A stretch of DNA of 64,000 nucleotides. Source: Podarcis bocagei. Taxonomy: Eukaryota. Location: NCBI GenBank assembly GCA_964188305.1, contig OZ076890.1, one strand, 5' to 3'. The translations under genes were made by a program, and so were the position numbers. The notes beneath the pieces were generated by a model that did no database searches, was not told the origin of the DNA, and worked only from the letters and a program-made list of their open reading frames with translations. Positions 61,399 through 64,000 of this stretch are shown one piece after another; position 1 is the stretch's first letter; each line of letters begins with the position of its first letter.

Positions 61399-61492
61399 AA
61401 AACATATTGGAAATAATTGCCTAAATGGTTGTTGGATTAAAACTCCCGTTTTAATCCAACAACCATTTAAGCAATTATTTCCAATATGTTTT
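61399..61492. repeat. 45-bp-arm inverted repeat (hairpin) in the last TFG intron
   Basis: arms 61399-61443 and 61448-61492, 4-nt loop, one mismatch. Confidence 0.92.
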
Positions 61493-63096
61493 AAAATCTA
61501 TCTTTAAAATGCAGGTATATTCAGTGATAACTTAATTTACTAAAGTGCAATTTCATAAATAATCAAGCTATGTATTATTCTTAGTTTGAAACAAGGCAGC
61601 TCACACAACTACTTGAACATATTTAGTTCTGCACACACAAAAATTCCTCCAGACACTAATCTCAAAAGTAGATGCTGGCAACAGTTTAGGTGCTTTTAAT
61701 ACTTGTGCTTCACTATCAGTCTGACTGAAAAGAATTTCAGATTGCAAATGTAAAAAAAAAAAGCTGGTACAAAGACTGATACTCCATTTATTTCTGGCAT
61801 GAAACACACCTGAAACTACTTGCAATGAAACATCTCCATTGACTGGAATCCTGTTAGCATTAAACACCAGATATATAACAATTATTAAAAAGGCAAGACC
61901 CTGAACAGAGAAAGCAAGGATGAGAGAATACAGTGGAGTAAATTTTGAACTCACCTGGAACTTGGGCTCAAATTTACTTTTTAAAACAAGAGCACTACCA
62001 AGCTTAGGTGTGCTTCGGATAGCTCAGTCTAGTCCTACCAAAACTGACACGTGGCGATGATCAGGAGAAACAAATCCTACTACCTGGTATCAATATATAA
62101 GAAACTGCCTCGTATTGGAAAAAGCACACACGGCAGCCAAATAAAAAGGGAATGGCTACACTGCAACAACACCAAACTCAGAAACTTCTACCTCAGGAAA
62201 TAGTTAACTTTGCCTGTAATCGCTTGACTTAGTAGCATCTCTGTGGTATTCACAGAGAAATGGGCCTCAAAAATTGCCCTAGTACGGATAAAAGCAGCTT
62301 ATAGTAAGGACTTCAATGGGTCAATGTTCGAGGCAAATGTAAACACCAGATCTGAGTTTTCTTCAAAAGAAAAAAATGCATTGTTTTCTCAACCTCTCCC
62401 AATTTATTGAGCATTTTAAGGGAGTATTTGACTAATTTCACTTCAACTGAAGAGTTCCAGATGCTTTCTGGAGGCCAATCAGGGGAGAATGGGGAAGCAA
62501 GAAAAACCTCATGCAGGCCGTTTCTTTTGATACTCCACATGTTCATGCAAAAAACCTCACCGCCCACCAGCTCCAAAAGAGTGTGTTCTAACTGGATCAT
62601 CTTCAGTAAACTTTGGGGGGCACAACCTCTTAGCAAGAACAAGTAGGATTGAATGCTATTCCTCCAATAACCTCTGAGATGCTCTTCATACTTAGAAACA
62701 ACTATTTAGGAGCTACCTTTCAGTAAGGTTATCCCGCATTATCTGGTGCCTGTATCAAAACAGTAATCGTTATGTGAACGATGTAACCACTTGGAAAAAA
62801 CTAATCTGCCCTGTCCCCATGGTTGCATTATTCAGATGTTGTCCAGGATCCTCTACTTTCTCTCTCACACACGCAAAGTTTTCATGCTTCTGCAACTGAA
62901 TTGCACCCAAGAAGATAGTTGCTGGGTAAAGTCTTAAGGTCCCTTGCACAGTGGTATTTTGCAAAAAAATACTGAAGTTTACAGAAAATTAGTTTGATTT
63001 CAGAACAGAATTAGAGAGCATGCATTTCAGGATACAGTTAAGTGAACACATTTTGTACTATATACAAAAATTTTGAGGTACCTTCCACCTGCTTAC

Positions 63097-63183
63097 CTGG
63101 ATACTGCATACCATACTGTGGCTGAGGCTGAGGCTGCTGAGCAGGGTATCCAGCTTGTTGTGGATATTGTGGATATATCTGGC
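63097..63183 (-). CDS. TFG: TFG penultimate coding exon: GQIYPQYPQQAGYPAQQPQPQPQYGMQYP
   Basis: homologous to human GQMYQQYQQQAGYGAQQ...QYGIQYS (recalled); tag acceptor, G|gtaagc donor, phase 1-1. Confidence 0.93.
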
Positions 63184-64000
63184 CTACCAATTTAAATTAA
63201 AAGCTTTAAGAAATTTAAGAAATATGAGCAGCTCAGTCTTACCTGCCTCAAATATTATTTTCTTAAGGTTAACCTATATATTTTTAAAAACTGAGAAGCT
63301 ACTGAATCTAACTAAACATGTTTTCTTGAAGAAATTGAGATTTCCCAAGAAAACTGTTTATCTGGTGTAACAAAAAGTGAGGCCCCCTCCAACTCCCTTT
63401 CTTTTCTTTTATATTTAAAAAAATTCATATTATCCAAACATGATTTGAAAGAGGTTATTGGCTAGTAACAGGTCTTTGGAAAGGCTTAAGCGTTGAAGGC
63501 AATCTTGTATGTGTGCATGTACTTTATTTATTTACAGAAATATTTATATACCACTATCATAAAAATATATCAGTGGTTTTCAAGAATATAAAAACATACC
63601 AGTAAAAATAAAAAAGTTAAAAGCAAAAGAATTAAAAATGTATCTGAGATATTTGAAGTCTGTCCTTCACTCAAGAATCCCAGGGAATTAAACACCATTA
63701 AAATCATAATTAAGAATAAAAATTAAACACCAAGTAAATCAACCTTTCAAGAAGTTGGTTCCCACAACTCTCTAGAGCAGATTTGGGAAAGGTATAGGGG
63801 TGCACAAATGGGGCAAGAGGAGAGGGAGGGGAAGTTGTGCTGCACAGCCGGAAATCCTTGCACCAACAGAACTATTCATTGGATAGCGCCCAAAGATGAT
63901 TATTTTAATCTACAATATAGAATACATGCTTTTCGATGCAAACATTCATTTTATAGTTACACAGAACCTAGCATGAGGAATGTAAACACTGCTCTGCAAA

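Overview
Vertebrate genomic DNA, almost certainly a squamate and probably a lacertid lizard (Sauria-type SINEs, BovB, L2/CR1, squamate MITEs). The + strand carries the 3' part of ABI3BP (TARSH): about 23 small symmetric phase-1 exons encoding a Pro/Thr/Lys-rich mucin-like region, then the C-terminal FN3 and conserved C-terminal exons (stop at 57393). The - strand carries the last two coding exons of TFG, convergent with ABI3BP as in mammals. The introns are rich in transposons. The standout is an intact, very young Ty3/Gypsy chromovirus (37574-43045, - strand) with two 409-bp LTRs that look identical and a 5-bp TSD. It has (i) a tRNA-independent, Tf1-like 11-nt self-priming site, (ii) a -1 frameshift heptamer followed by an H-type pseudoknot, (iii) a Pol ORF that reads through the PPT and most of the 3' LTR, and (iv) two tandem acidic (F/L)xGF motifs after a degenerate chromodomain. 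These motifs resemble the host IBM/TIM motifs that bind LEDGF/TFIIS-N-terminal domains and suggest a host-mimicry route for integration targeting (hypothesis). Other points: an intragenic duplication of an exon pair with one dead exon, a 189-bp near-perfect direct repeat around a probable solo LTR, two long hairpins, nested hAT MITEs, and an L1 inserted next to a splice acceptor. All calls were made by eye; no database searches were run.
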